From Candidatus Bathyarchaeota archaeon (GTDB taxonomy: Archaea > Thermoproteota > Bathyarchaeia > Bathyarchaeales > Bathycorpusculaceae), in the NCBI GenBank assembly GCA_963828195.1, contig CAWHDT010000001.1, positions 64,001 to 128,000 on the forward strand: DNA of 64,000 nt, written 5' to 3'. This document shows positions 48,347 through 58,228 of the stretch, piece by piece (position 1 is the first letter of the stretch; the number at the start of each line of letters is the position of its first letter). Under the pieces are notes generated by a model. It was not told where the DNA came from. It saw only the letters and a program-made list of their open reading frames with translations, and did not search any database. The position numbers and the translations under genes were made by a program.

Positions 48347-49689
48347 ACGTTGCCTCTCCGAACAATTGAGCCGCTGCCAGCTTTAGCAACTATTTCGCCC
48401 TCATCGAAAACTAACAATCCGCCCACAAAAGTCTTAACGGGCTTACCTTGAACTTCCCACCCGTCATACGGGGAATATTTGGCTTTGGACTTGAATTTTG
48501 AAGCGTCTATTTTGAATTTACGGTTAAAATCTATCACAGTTAAATCTGCGTTCTTTCCCTGCTCCAAGCGACCACGGTCAGTCAAGCCGTAAATCTCAGC
48601 CGGTTTCTCTGCTAGAAGCTGAACCGCCTGGGTAAAGGACAACCGATTCTTCTTTACAAGCGTCAAAATAAGCGGCAACGTTGTTTCTAAACCTGGCACG
48701 CCAACTTTAACATCCCAAACGCTGCTTGCAGACTTTTCATTGGAGGCATGGGGTGCATGGTCTGAACCCAAAGCGTCAACCCATCCGTCTTCCAAACCCT
48801 TCCATAACGCTTCAACATGGCTTTTGCCGCGGACAGGGGGAGCCATAATCAGCAGTTGCCCGTAATGCTCCAAATCAGCAGTTGATAACAAAAGATGATT
48901 GGGGGTAACTTCACAGGTTACTTTTCTTCCAGATTTCTTTGCTTCAACAATAGCGTTTAAACCCTTTTCAGTCGTAACATGACAAAAATGCAGCCGCACA
49001 TCTGTTGGTGCGCTCGTTTTTAGTAGGCGTTCTATGGCGTCTAACTCAACCATTTCTGAATGTGCATCCTGAAAAGCAGCGATGCCGTTCTTTTGGGCTT
49101 GCTTAAGTTTCTCCTCGTTTTTTATAAGTAACGCTTTATCTTCAGCATGTACCGCTACTGGCAAGTTAACTTTGGCGGCCTCTTTGAATGCATCAGCTAA
49201 GTCTTCGTCGCTATCAATGTTTAAACCGCCGACTTGGCTACCCATAAAAAGCTTAAACCCCACGGCCCCTTCGGAAACAATATCTGCTAAATCAGCCATT
49301 TTTTTGGGAAATTCAGAGTAGAATCCGACGTTTACAAGAATTTTTCTTTCTGCCAAATCCATGCGATTTCTTAAGGCGCTTGAACTCATCGTTACTGGTT
49401 CATTGTTAGGCATATCCAAAACAGTAGTGAAGCCTCCAGCGGCTGCAGCGGCGGTGCCTGTTTGGAAGTCTTCTTTGTACGCTTTTGCCTCGTCCCGCAG
49501 GTGAACATGCTCATCTATTAAGCCTGGCAGGACTAAAAGATTTTTCAGGTTAGTTTTTTGGTCTGCGCTCGGCATTTGTGTTTCTTTGCCGATTTTGAAG
49601 ATTTTGCCTTCTTCAATGGCTATGCTGCAATCGACAATTTGCCCGTTGAGGTAGGCTTTGGCGTTTGTAAGGACAGAATCAACAATCAA
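48343..49689 (-). CDS. pyrC: Dihydroorotase family amidohydrolase
   Basis: PGLIDEHVHLR, GGFTTVLDMPN, VHAED, HFCH, GSDHAPH. Confidence 0.85.
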   Translation of the reverse strand: MIVDSVLTNAKAYLNGQIVDCSIAIEEGKIFKIGKETQMPSADQKTNLKNLLVLPGLIDEHVHLRDEAKAYKEDFQTGTAAAAAGGFTTVLDMPNNEPVTMSSSALRNRMDLAERKILVNVGFYSEFPKKMADLADIVSEGAVGFKLFMGSQVGGLNIDSDEDLADAFKEAAKVNLPVAVHAEDKALLIKNEEKLKQAQKNGIAAFQDAHSEMVELDAIERLLKTSAPTDVRLHFCHVTTEKGLNAIVEAKKSGRKVTCEVTPNHLLLSTADLEHYGQLLIMAPPVRGKSHVEALWKGLEDGWVDALGSDHAPHASNEKSASSVWDVKVGVPGLETTLPLILTLVKKNRLSFTQAVQLLAEKPAEIYGLTDRGRLEQGKNADLTVIDFNRKFKIDASKFKSKAKYSPYDGWEVQGKPVKTFVGGLLVFDEGEIVAKAGSGSIVRRGNV

Positions 49690-49815
49690 ACTGTTTCACG
49701 GTCTATTGAATAGCGGGTAGTTTGGAAATTTAAGTTTATTTATGGCAAAATGCGATTGGTTTAAGATTGTCTAAGGGCAACTTTAATTTTTTGTTAAAAT
49801 AATTAAGAAAACAAG

Positions 49816-50400
49816 TTATTTTTCTTGTTCCTGTTCTATTCTGCATTCGTCGCAGATGTTTTGCCCGTTTCGTTCTTTGAGGCTATCGGAATAGACGTTG
49901 CATCGGTCACAGTAGCCCGACACAGGCGCCTCTTCGGTTTCTTCAGTTCGATTTGCATCTTCAATGCGTGACTTTTCAAGGATTATTTCTATTAGTTCAG
50001 GCATCACACCCAAAATATCTTTGCTCGAGATTATTCCGACAAGGTTGCTTTTGTAAATAACGCCGAGTCGTCTGATATCCAGCCTGTTCATTTGACGTGC
50101 TGCTTCAGTTATTGTTGCGTCTGGTTCGATTGTTACCAAGGGGGTTGTCATGATTTCTTTGGCTTTGACAGTGTCAGGTTTCAGGTTTTTTGCCAAAACC
50201 CTCTTCACTAAGTCACGCTCAGTAATGATACCAAGCGAAGCCCCAGCCTTATTTGTAACAATCACGCAGCCCAAATCATTTTTATCCATCACAGTCCCAA
50301 CTTTGTTTGAGGCTTCACCTTCGGGCACTGTAACTACTGGGCTGCTCATTACGTCTTTCACCAGCATTTTCGTTCTTAAACCGATTTCAGACATCGCCAA
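49816..50400 (-). CDS. CBS-pair protein with C-terminal Zn ribbon
   Basis: VKDVMSSPVVT, GIITERD, GIISSKD; CDRC...CDEC. Confidence 0.88.
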   Translation of the reverse strand: MAMSEIGLRTKMLVKDVMSSPVVTVPEGEASNKVGTVMDKNDLGCVIVTNKAGASLGIITERDLVKRVLAKNLKPDTVKAKEIMTTPLVTIEPDATITEAARQMNRLDIRRLGVIYKSNLVGIISSKDILGVMPELIEIILEKSRIEDANRTEETEEAPVSGYCDRCNVYSDSLKERNGQNICDECRIEQEQEK

Positions 50401-50552
50401 TTTCCTTCTGACAGTTTTTGGAGAAGATTTGCTTCACTGCAACAATAAAGAGCCGTGTAATTTAAGATTTGCTTTAACGAAAAAAGGCTGTTTTCTGTAA
50501 AGTTTTATTAGACGCACCGTTGATATGGTCAAATGTTCGATGAGTAATAATT

Positions 50553-51440
50553 ATGCTTAAAACAAACGTTGAAAAACTCGTAAAAATTTCAGTTATGGGA
50601 GAAATAGCTAGCCCAACAATCAGGTCAGTTTATAACGTTTCAGCAACAGGCAAACCTTTGGTTCTACCTGGAGTAGGCGGGATAACGTATAATCTAAGAG
50701 TGGGCGATCCAGCATGCGGTTGGGAGGCTGATCATGTAGAGCCCGGCGTTAGCGTGGAAAACAAGGAAAACGATGCCCGATCGGGACAGGCTGCTAACAC
50801 CGCCTTCAACGTGCTGTCATGCGTCGGAAACAAAGCCTCCGTAGTAAACGGTGACGCTAAGGGCGCTGAGGGAACTGTCACGGGCAAACATGGCGGAATC
50901 GAACATGTACTGATAGATTTTCCCCAAGCAATTTTGGAGAAACTAGTGCTCGGCGATAGAATTCTTGTGAAAGCTTTCGGCGTCGGCTTAAAGTTGGAAG
51001 ATTACCCAGAAATTAAAATCTTAAACATGGATCCAGCGATGCTTGACGCTTGGAACATAGAACCTCAAGGAGAAAAACTTGAAGTGCCAGTTACCCATAT
51101 TGTGCCCGCGGCGATCATGGGTTCAGGTTTAGGCGCTAACCAAGTTAACTCGGGCGATTATGATATTCAATTGTTCGATGAAAAAGTCGTGGAGCAGTAC
51201 GGGCTTGAAAGTTTGAGGCTGGGAGATTTAGTAGCAATTATTGACGCTGACCATTCGTTCGGCAGAATTTACCGTCAAGGCGCTATTTCAGTAGGCGTCG
51301 TAATTCACACTAACTGCGTTACCGCTGGACACGGGCCAGGAGTTACAACCTTGATGACGTCTCCAGATGGAAAAATTATCCCTCAAATAAGTAAAGAAGC
51401 AAACATTGCTAAACTTTTAAAATTAAGAGCACATATATAA
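50553..51440 (+). CDS. DUF4438 family protein
   Basis: LPGVGGITYN, DHVEPGVS, GKHGGIEH, MGSGLG, GDYDI, AGHGPG. Confidence 0.82.
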   Translation: MLKTNVEKLVKISVMGEIASPTIRSVYNVSATGKPLVLPGVGGITYNLRVGDPACGWEADHVEPGVSVENKENDARSGQAANTAFNVLSCVGNKASVVNGDAKGAEGTVTGKHGGIEHVLIDFPQAILEKLVLGDRILVKAFGVGLKLEDYPEIKILNMDPAMLDAWNIEPQGEKLEVPVTHIVPAAIMGSGLGANQVNSGDYDIQLFDEKVVEQYGLESLRLGDLVAIIDADHSFGRIYRQGAISVGVVIHTNCVTAGHGPGVTTLMTSPDGKIIPQISKEANIAKLLKLRAHI

Positions 51441-51487
51441 GATAGTTTAATGCATATTTGGAAATCAAGAGAAAGAGGTTAAAGTAA

Positions 51488-51778
51488 TTGCCATCTAAGC
51501 GAAAAAGCCGAGGAAGAGCAAAAGGAAGCAAAGGAAGCAGCAGCCTTGTTCAATGCGCCAATTGTGGAGCCATGGTTCCGCGTGACAAGGCAAAGAGAAA
51601 CACCCGTCGTGTGTCATTTGTTGAGCCTCAGTTAGCTAAGGAGCTTCGACAGAAAGGCACTTTTCTAGCTTCATGGGTTGACACGAAATACTACTGCATA
51701 TCCTGCGCTGTTCACCGCGGCATTGTTAATGTCAGAGCCGAAAGCGAGCGTCACTCAAGAGCCAAAAGAAGATACTAA
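51488..51778 (+). CDS. rps26e: 30S ribosomal protein S26e
   Basis: KRKSRGR.KG, VQCANCG..VPRDKA, YCISCAVH..IV.VR. Confidence 0.95.
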   Translation: MPSKRKSRGRAKGSKGSSSLVQCANCGAMVPRDKAKRNTRRVSFVEPQLAKELRQKGTFLASWVDTKYYCISCAVHRGIVNVRAESERHSRAKRRY

Positions 51779-52446
51779 ATAGCTTTTACTGTTTTTTTCT
51801 TTAATTCATTGTAAACGTGTAAGGCTCTTTGTATAACAGTAAGATTTGAAAGCACCGCTAACAAGGCTACGCCATAACCCAACGCGGGCAACCAAAAAAA
51901 CGCGATTACACTGACGACGGCTAGTATAAGCATTCGTTCTGCACGTTCAGCAAAACCCACTGACTCCATTTTTATGCCAGCTGCTTCAGCTCTTGCTCGA
52001 CTATAACTTACCAGAAGAGAACCTGATAGTGCGGCTAAGGCCCAAACGGGACCCCAAAATGTGCCCCAAGCACGGTTACATAGTCCAGCGATTATTATGG
52101 CGGCGAATATTATTGCGTCTGCATACCGATCCAGGACAGAGTCAAAAAAACCGCCGAAAACCGTTACCTGCTGAAAAGTTCTTGCGATGATCCCGTCAAG
52201 CGTGTCGCAGAATCCTGACGCTAAGAGCAAAGCTGTTGCTAAAAGGAGAAGCCACCGGAAGCTTGGAGCCAGTGCATATGCGCTGGCTGATGCGATAGCT
52301 ATTATGAACCCTATGAGGCTTACTTTGTTAGGAGTTAAACCTATTTTATGTGCGGCTTTTGCTTGTGAAGTTAGCATTTGCTGAACTTTTTTCTTGAGTT
52401 TAGTGAGCAAGGTAACATCCTGAGCTTGTTGAGTGTTAAAGCTCAT
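51775..52446 (-). CDS. CDP-alcohol phosphatidyltransferase (archaetidylinositol-phosphate synthase-like); start uncertain
   Basis: TPN, DTLDGIIAR..GGFFDSVLDRYAD, SYSRARAE, GFAERAER. Confidence 0.9.
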   Translation of the reverse strand: MSFNTQQAQDVTLLTKLKKKVQQMLTSQAKAAHKIGLTPNKVSLIGFIIAIASASAYALAPSFRWLLLLATALLLASGFCDTLDGIIARTFQQVTVFGGFFDSVLDRYADAIIFAAIIIAGLCNRAWGTFWGPVWALAALSGSLLVSYSRARAEAAGIKMESVGFAERAERMLILAVVSVIAFFWLPALGYGVALLAVLSNLTVIQRALHVYNELKKKTVKAI

Positions 52447-52560
52447 TATGAGCAGGGTATAAAAAAGCCTTTCCAGCTAATCGTCCGTTAAATGTTGAAC
52501 AAATTTTCCATATGGATGTTTTCAATGGACTTATTAGGAAGAACTTGTATAAGTGGGGCA

Positions 52561-52606
52561 GTAACGTTTCCGTTACTAGTCAAAACGCAAGTAACAGCGA
52601 CGTTAC
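52561..52606. promoter_or_regulatory. Twin GTAAC-N6-GTTAC palindromes in the Alba-2 leader
   Basis: GTAACGTTTCCGTTAC 52561-52576 and GTAACAGCGACGTTAC 52591-52606, 30 bp apart, just downstream of TATA-like tgtataag. Confidence 0.6.
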
Positions 52607-52633
52607 ACAAAGCACACAAAAGGAGTAGAAAAA

Positions 52634-52921
52634 ATGACTGAAAATTCAGATGTTATCTTCGTCGGGAATAAACCTCCAATGAGCTACGTTCTGGCAATCA
52701 TAACAAGCTTCTCTTCAGGAACACTGCAGGAAGTCACTTTGAAAGCTCGAGGCCAAGCCATAACCACCGCTGTTGATGTTGCAGAGATAGCAAGAAACCG
52801 ATTCATTAAAGACCTCAAAGTTACCAAGATCGCCATAGGAACAGCTGAAATGCCTCCACGCGGGGGAGAAAATAAGTCCCGAATGGTTTCAACGATGGAG
52901 ATAACGCTAAGCAAAAAATAA
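52634..52921 (+). CDS. albA: DNA/RNA-binding protein Alba, paralogue 2
   Basis: VGNKPPMSYV, LKARGQAITTAVDVAE, VSTMEI; GGAG Shine-Dalgarno. Confidence 0.94.
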   Translation: MTENSDVIFVGNKPPMSYVLAIITSFSSGTLQEVTLKARGQAITTAVDVAEIARNRFIKDLKVTKIAIGTAEMPPRGGENKSRMVSTMEITLSKK

Positions 52922-53083
52922 AAAAGGGCAGCAAACAAAACCAAGAAACCAAATCTAAACCTTCTTCTATTTTTTAAAATGAACTGGGCTAATTTTCTGT
53001 TCTGAAGAATTATAGCTGCAGTTTGTAATCGTAAGGTTAAATAACTGATTTTGTCAGTTAGACAATTACTCCGTGTGAGAGAA

Positions 53084-54373
53084 ATGTTAGATATCAAGCT
53101 TATCCGTGAAAATCCTGAACTTGTAAAAAACAATCTTGCAAAGCGGGGCAACCCCGAAGCCACTCAGATGCTAGATGACTTGATTGCTCTTGACAAGGAA
53201 TGGCGATTTAACCTCACAAAACTAAACGAGCTTCGCCACCAGAGAAAGCAAGTAACCATAGAAATCGCCAAACTTAAAAAGGCAGGCAAAGAAGCCGACA
53301 ACGAAGTCGCGAAGGCACAAGATATCGATGAAAAAATAACTCTTCTTGAAAAGCAAGTTACCCAGCAAGAAAAGAAAACCCATGACTACCTCATGCAGCT
53401 TCCAAACCTGCTTGATGAGACTGTTCCTCTTGGAAAAGACTCTAACGATAATGTGCAGATAAAAACATGGGGAACAATTCCGAAATTTAGTTTTCCGATA
53501 AAAAACCACATTGACTTGGCTCTAGATTTAGACCAAATTGACATGGAAAGAGCTGGAAAAATATCTGGCGCACGATTCTTCTACCTGAAAAATCAGGTCG
53601 CACAATTAGACATGGCGCTGATGAGCTTCGCCATTGGGGAACTGACAAAAAAAGGGTATACACCAATCATTCCGCCTTATTTGATGAATCGTGAAGCATA
53701 TGAAGGTGTAACGTCGCTCGGCGACTTTGCTGAGGTGCTCTATAAAGTGGAAAATGAAGACCTGTACTTGATCGCCACTTCCGAGCATCCTATGGCTGCT
53801 ATGTACATGAACGAAGTGTTAAAAGAACAGGATATGCCGCTGAAACTTGCAGGAATCAGCACATGCTTCAGAAAAGAGGCGGGAGCCCATGGCAAAGACA
53901 CAAGGGGAATATTCCGAACGCACCAATTCAACAAGATCGAACAATTCATCTTTTGCAAACCAGAAGACTCAACTAAGCTACATGAGGAACTGCTGCAAAA
54001 CGCTGAAGACTTGCTTCAGAAACTTGAATTGCCATACCGCGTGGTCAACGTTTGCACCGGTGACATTGGAACCGTGGCTGCTAAAAAATACGATATTGAG
54101 GCGTGGATGCCAGCGCAAAATGGGTACCGAGAGGTTGTTTCCTGCAGCAACTGCACCGATTATCAAGGAAGACGCTTAGGCATTCGTTACAGGGAAAAGG
54201 AAGGCGCAGCGCCGAAAGGATTCGTTCACACATTAAACTCTACAGCTGTAGCAACGGGCAGAACCATGGTTGCCCTAATAGAAAATAATCAGCGAGAAGA
54301 CGGCACGATTAACATCCCAAATGCCTTGAGAACATACATGGGTAACAGAGAAAAAATTGACAAAAAACGCTAA
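53084..54373 (+). CDS. serS: Serine--tRNA ligase (type 1)
   Basis: MLDIKLIRENP, LIATSE, CFRKEAG, FRTHQF.K.EQF, EVVSCSNCTDYQ, HTLNST. Confidence 0.97.
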   Translation: MLDIKLIRENPELVKNNLAKRGNPEATQMLDDLIALDKEWRFNLTKLNELRHQRKQVTIEIAKLKKAGKEADNEVAKAQDIDEKITLLEKQVTQQEKKTHDYLMQLPNLLDETVPLGKDSNDNVQIKTWGTIPKFSFPIKNHIDLALDLDQIDMERAGKISGARFFYLKNQVAQLDMALMSFAIGELTKKGYTPIIPPYLMNREAYEGVTSLGDFAEVLYKVENEDLYLIATSEHPMAAMYMNEVLKEQDMPLKLAGISTCFRKEAGAHGKDTRGIFRTHQFNKIEQFIFCKPEDSTKLHEELLQNAEDLLQKLELPYRVVNVCTGDIGTVAAKKYDIEAWMPAQNGYREVVSCSNCTDYQGRRLGIRYREKEGAAPKGFVHTLNSTAVATGRTMVALIENNQREDGTINIPNALRTYMGNREKIDKKR

Positions 54374-54423
54374 ACCTTTTAATATTCCCTTGAGAATGTT
54401 GAGGCACGTTTGGAGAAATAAAT

Positions 54424-55062
54424 TTGTCTTCAAAAACTAAGCATATACGTGATAAGTGGCGTGGAAAAGGGTGGTACATGGTTGTTGCCCCAGCCTACTT
54501 TGGCAACATAGAGTTAGGTGCCATACCGGCGCAAGAGCCTGAGCAGCTAATAGGCAGAGTTGTTGAAGCCACCCTTTATGATATAACAGCCGACTTTTCG
54601 CATCATTTCCTGAAGATGTTTTTCCAAATAAACGAGGTTGACGCAAAAACCGCCAAAACACTCTTTAAAGGTCATGAGTACTCGCGAGACTACCTTCGAA
54701 GCCTGGTTAGAAGGAGAACAACCAAAGTTGATTCGTTAATCAACCTGACCACAAAAGACGGGTATAAACTTAGAATCGCAGTTTCAGCCCTGACGCTTTC
54801 AAGAATAAAAACCTCTCAAGAAAAGATAATCCGCAAAATGATGGATAAAACAATCCACGAGAAAGCCAACGCTTTATCGCTGGATCAGTTCGTTCAAGAA
54901 ATGGTTCTTGGCAAAATCGCTTCAGACATCTACAACCAAGCCAAAGAAGTTGCTCCACTAAGGCATGTTGGGATAAGAAAATCCAAACTATTAGCGCAGC
55001 CACAAGTGCAGGCGCAAACGCAAGAAGCCCCGGCAGCGCCGGTTGCTCAAGCTGAAGCATAA
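54424..55062 (+). CDS. rps3ae: 30S ribosomal protein S3Ae (eS1)
   Basis: DKW..K.WY.V.AP, GRVVEATL.D, F.GHEYSRDYLRSLVRR, PLRHVGIRKSK. Confidence 0.96.
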   Translation: MSSKTKHIRDKWRGKGWYMVVAPAYFGNIELGAIPAQEPEQLIGRVVEATLYDITADFSHHFLKMFFQINEVDAKTAKTLFKGHEYSRDYLRSLVRRRTTKVDSLINLTTKDGYKLRIAVSALTLSRIKTSQEKIIRKMMDKTIHEKANALSLDQFVQEMVLGKIASDIYNQAKEVAPLRHVGIRKSKLLAQPQVQAQTQEAPAAPVAQAEA

Positions 55063-55160
55063 CCCATTGTTTATTTTTCAAATTCTTCTTCTTTAGGGCA
55101 AAATACATTAGAAACAAGCAGGTAAAAAGTTCTTTAATGAAACGTTAAGGAGCGTTTTGT

Positions 55161-55631
55161 TTGTCTGAGAAAGCGGGAGTTCATGAAAAAGGAACCTTTA
55201 CGGTTCAAGACGCCATCGACAACATTAAAAAAGACCCCAACTACCCCAAAGCTGGAGCTATAGGGCTTTTCATCGGGGTAGTTCGGGGGGAAACTTTCGA
55301 GGGGCAAAAAGTTGAAAAACTCCAACTTGAAGCTTACGAAGAAAAAGCCAATCAAGTGTTAGGCAAAATATGTGATGACCTATTAGCTAAACCGGGAATA
55401 GTTAACGTTCAAATTCATCATTTACTGGGCGAATTCGAAGTTGGAGACGATTTAGTTTATGTCGCTGTGGCTGGTAGTCACCGAACAGATGTTTTTCCTG
55501 TCCTGCGCGAGGCTGTCGAGAGATACAAAAGTGAAGCTCCGGTTTTCAAAAAAGAACACGTTGTGAATGCAGAGGGCTCTGCAGTTGAGTATTGGGTTTC
55601 AGAAAAACACGACCATAAACACCTTCATTAA
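55161..55631 (+). CDS. moaE: Molybdopterin synthase catalytic subunit
   Basis: GAIGLFIGVVR, LEAYEE.A, HHLLG, GSHR, K..APVFKKE. Confidence 0.92.
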   Translation: MSEKAGVHEKGTFTVQDAIDNIKKDPNYPKAGAIGLFIGVVRGETFEGQKVEKLQLEAYEEKANQVLGKICDDLLAKPGIVNVQIHHLLGEFEVGDDLVYVAVAGSHRTDVFPVLREAVERYKSEAPVFKKEHVVNAEGSAVEYWVSEKHDHKHLH

Positions 55632-55641
55632 ATGAGGTGAC

Positions 55642-56568
55642 TTGGCAAATATGATTACGGCTTTGGCAGGTGGTGTCGGCGCAGCCAGGTTCCTAACGGG
55701 CTTAGTGAAGCTCGTTGATGCGGATGACATTTCGGTGGTTGTGAATACCGGCGATGACATTGACATGTTCGGTTTGCATATTTCTCCCGACGTTGACATT
55801 GTAGCGTACACTTTAGCAGGCATCGTTGATGAGGAGAAAGGTTGGGGAATAAAGGGCGATACGTTTCAGTGCCTTGAAATGATCAGAAAATTGGGGTTAG
55901 AAACATGGTTCAGTTTAGGCGATAAAGATTTTGCAACCCATATTTTTCGGACCAATTTGCTGAACAAAGGTTTCACTCTCACGCAGGTCACCGACCAAAT
56001 TTGCCATGCCTTAGGGCTCAAGGTTACCATTTTGCCAATGACGGATGATAAGTTTGAGACGTGGATAAAAATTGAGGAAGGCTTAGTCCATTTTGAAGAA
56101 TATTTTGTTAAAAGACAAGCCAACGATAAGGTTTTAGGTGTGGAATTTGTCGGCGCCGCCGGCGCGAATCCGTCGCCTAAAGTTCTGGATTCAATTCTTA
56201 ACTCAAAAACGATTATCGTTTGCCCCAGCAATCCCGTCGTCAGCATCGGTACAATTCTTTCAGTTGCTGGAATCAGAGACGCCTTGAAGAGAACGAACGC
56301 CGAAGTCGTTGGGGTTAGTCCCATAGTTGCTGGAGCACCCATTAAGGGTCCTGCAGATAAACTGATGCGTGCGTTGGGTTTTGAGGTCTCAGCGTTTTCT
56401 GTTGCCAAGCTTTACGCCGATTTCCTCGATACTTTTGTGATTGACACTCAAGATGTCGATGAGAAGAACCGTATAGAGAAGCTTGGAATCAAAGTGAAAG
56501 TGACAGACACCGTGATGAAGAGTTTAGAAGACAAAGTGCGGCTGGCCAAAACCGTCATGGAACATTAA
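55642..56568 (+). CDS. cofD: 2-phospho-L-lactate transferase (F420 biosynthesis)
   Basis: LAGGVGAARF, VNTGDD, HISPDVD, WFSLGDKD, HFEEYFV, PSNP..SIG, KGPA. Confidence 0.95.
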   Translation: MANMITALAGGVGAARFLTGLVKLVDADDISVVVNTGDDIDMFGLHISPDVDIVAYTLAGIVDEEKGWGIKGDTFQCLEMIRKLGLETWFSLGDKDFATHIFRTNLLNKGFTLTQVTDQICHALGLKVTILPMTDDKFETWIKIEEGLVHFEEYFVKRQANDKVLGVEFVGAAGANPSPKVLDSILNSKTIIVCPSNPVVSIGTILSVAGIRDALKRTNAEVVGVSPIVAGAPIKGPADKLMRALGFEVSAFSVAKLYADFLDTFVIDTQDVDEKNRIEKLGIKVKVTDTVMKSLEDKVRLAKTVMEH

Positions 56569-56976
56569 ACAAAAAATCTGGATATATAGACTAAGTGATT
56601 CTCTATATACTATTTGCGCAGTATAAATAAGACAAAAAAAGATTTCTGAATATGAAAGTGCCATGCAGAGGAAGAAAACTAAAAAGAGATCTGTAGAACT
56701 CGAATCGCCATGGTACTTCACCCATGTTTGAGGCATGGTTAAAAATATCAATGTTGTAGTTGAGGGAGAGAATTGTGAAGGAAAGAGCAGTGACCAAAAG
56801 GCAAGCACAAGCTAAAAAGAGCGATCTTGTAGATTGGCTTTTAGCGATTGATGCAAGTTAAGCGCGACTTTCAAAAAATAAGCCATCGCAAGAAAAACAG
56901 GCGTGTTAAAGCTCTCTCTTGATGTGGCTTTTAAGAGAAGGGTTATATTTGAAAACCAATCAATAATGTTAGAGCA

Positions 56977-57654
56977 GTGATAAGATTGGAGAAAAAAAGT
57001 TATGATTGGTTTGAGCAGCGACGCAGAAACCGAGGATTAGAACTGGCTCATGATCAAATAACAAAGGCTTTTGACACGGTAACATGGCTGCATAAAGCAA
57101 CCAAAAGCTTTTCAGAAAAAAACTTTAAAGAAGCCCAAAAATACATTGAAAACTTGTATAAAACTGAGGAAGGCGTTGATGCGCTTCGAACAGACGTTTT
57201 CATGGAGCTGTCCAAGGGCGCAGCTTTGGTGGCAGATTACCGCGAAGACCTCTTACACCTTGTTAAACGGTTAGATACGCTGGCAGACCACACTAAGGAC
57301 GCTGCAAGATGCCTTGAAATGCTCGCTGGGGCTGAAATTCCGCAAGAGCTTTGTGAAAAAACCGTTTTAATGACTGGCAAACTTGTCGACACCGCTCAGA
57401 CATTAAGGAACAGCATAGAAAAAATCTCATCGAACCCAACAGAAGCCATAAATGAAGCAAAAAAAGTCGGCGAAATCGAGCATGCAATCGACATTGAATA
57501 CCTTAACTCCAAAAAATTATTTGTGAAGTACGGCGTAACCATAAACTGCGGAGCCATGGTGATATTCGACGACCTTATTGAATTCATTGAGCAAGCAGCA
57601 GACATGTGCGCCGACACAGCAGACTACATCCTGATTCTCTCAAGCAGAGAATAA
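56977..57654 (+). CDS. DUF47/PhoU-like phosphate transport regulator
   Basis: EEGVD.LR, REDLL.L...D.LAD, EHAID, E.AAD.C.D.AD. Confidence 0.87.
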   Translation: MIRLEKKSYDWFEQRRRNRGLELAHDQITKAFDTVTWLHKATKSFSEKNFKEAQKYIENLYKTEEGVDALRTDVFMELSKGAALVADYREDLLHLVKRLDTLADHTKDAARCLEMLAGAEIPQELCEKTVLMTGKLVDTAQTLRNSIEKISSNPTEAINEAKKVGEIEHAIDIEYLNSKKLFVKYGVTINCGAMVIFDDLIEFIEQAADMCADTADYILILSSRE

Positions 57655-57774
57655 AACCCAAACATTCCTATTTTTTGGTTTCGACGCGTATGGTCATCAA
57701 AGCTTTTGGGTTAAAATTGGAAAAAACTGCTTTGCGTTGATTTTTTGTTTTGGGACTTTAATTTTGTTCAGTTT

Positions 57775-57850
57775 ACGTTTTTTTCCGTTCCTCCCCTTTG
57801 AATCCCGTTCAGTTCCGTTCCTCATCGTTGTTCCCCGTTCTTTCGCGTTC
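57775..57850. repeat. 10-bp-phased CGTTC motif array
   Basis: CGTTC ends at 57790, 57810, 57820, 57840 and 57850; CGTTG at 57830; CGTTT at 57780. Confidence 0.6.
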
Positions 57851-57951
57851 CCTTCCAATTGTTCGCAGCAAACCTCTGGCTTGCATCAAATTTGCTTGAA
57901 CATTTATTTTCAGACTCTAAAAAATAGTGGAAGAATCAGGTTAGCAAAGAG

Positions 57952-58030
57952 TGGCGGGCCCGCTGGGATTTGAACCCAGGACCTCCGGCTCCGCAGGCCG
58001 GTGTCATAATCCGTACTAGACGACGAGCCC
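57952..58030 (-). tRNA. tRNA-Arg(GCG), intron-less, CCA encoded
   Basis: GGGCTCG...CCGGC CT GCG GA GCCGG...CTGGG TTCAAAT CCCAG CGGGCCC G CCA cloverleaf. Confidence 0.95.
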
Positions 58031-58228
58031 TCTGCAACGAGATTACTTTTCCGTTCGAATCATATAAATGCTGATGCTCAGCCAAAATCATTACTACATC
58101 CCTCTGGCAAAAAGCAACAACTTGGAAGATAGCGGAGAATTTAATTGGATTCAAGATCTAATTTTAAAATTGGTTGCAGATTTGAAAATAAAAAGAAAAT
58201 GGGGGAAGTTGTTTTTTCCCTTGTTGTT

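Noticed and set aside
56569-56976. ORF with in-frame TGA (MQRKKTKK..THV*GMVK..) as a selenoprotein, plus small hairpins
   Set aside because: No Cys/Sec-like context or recognisable family, and no SECIS seen.
57952-58030. tRNA intron or prophage att site
   Set aside because: The cloverleaf is complete without an intron; no duplicated tRNA 3' end and no integrase were seen in the window.
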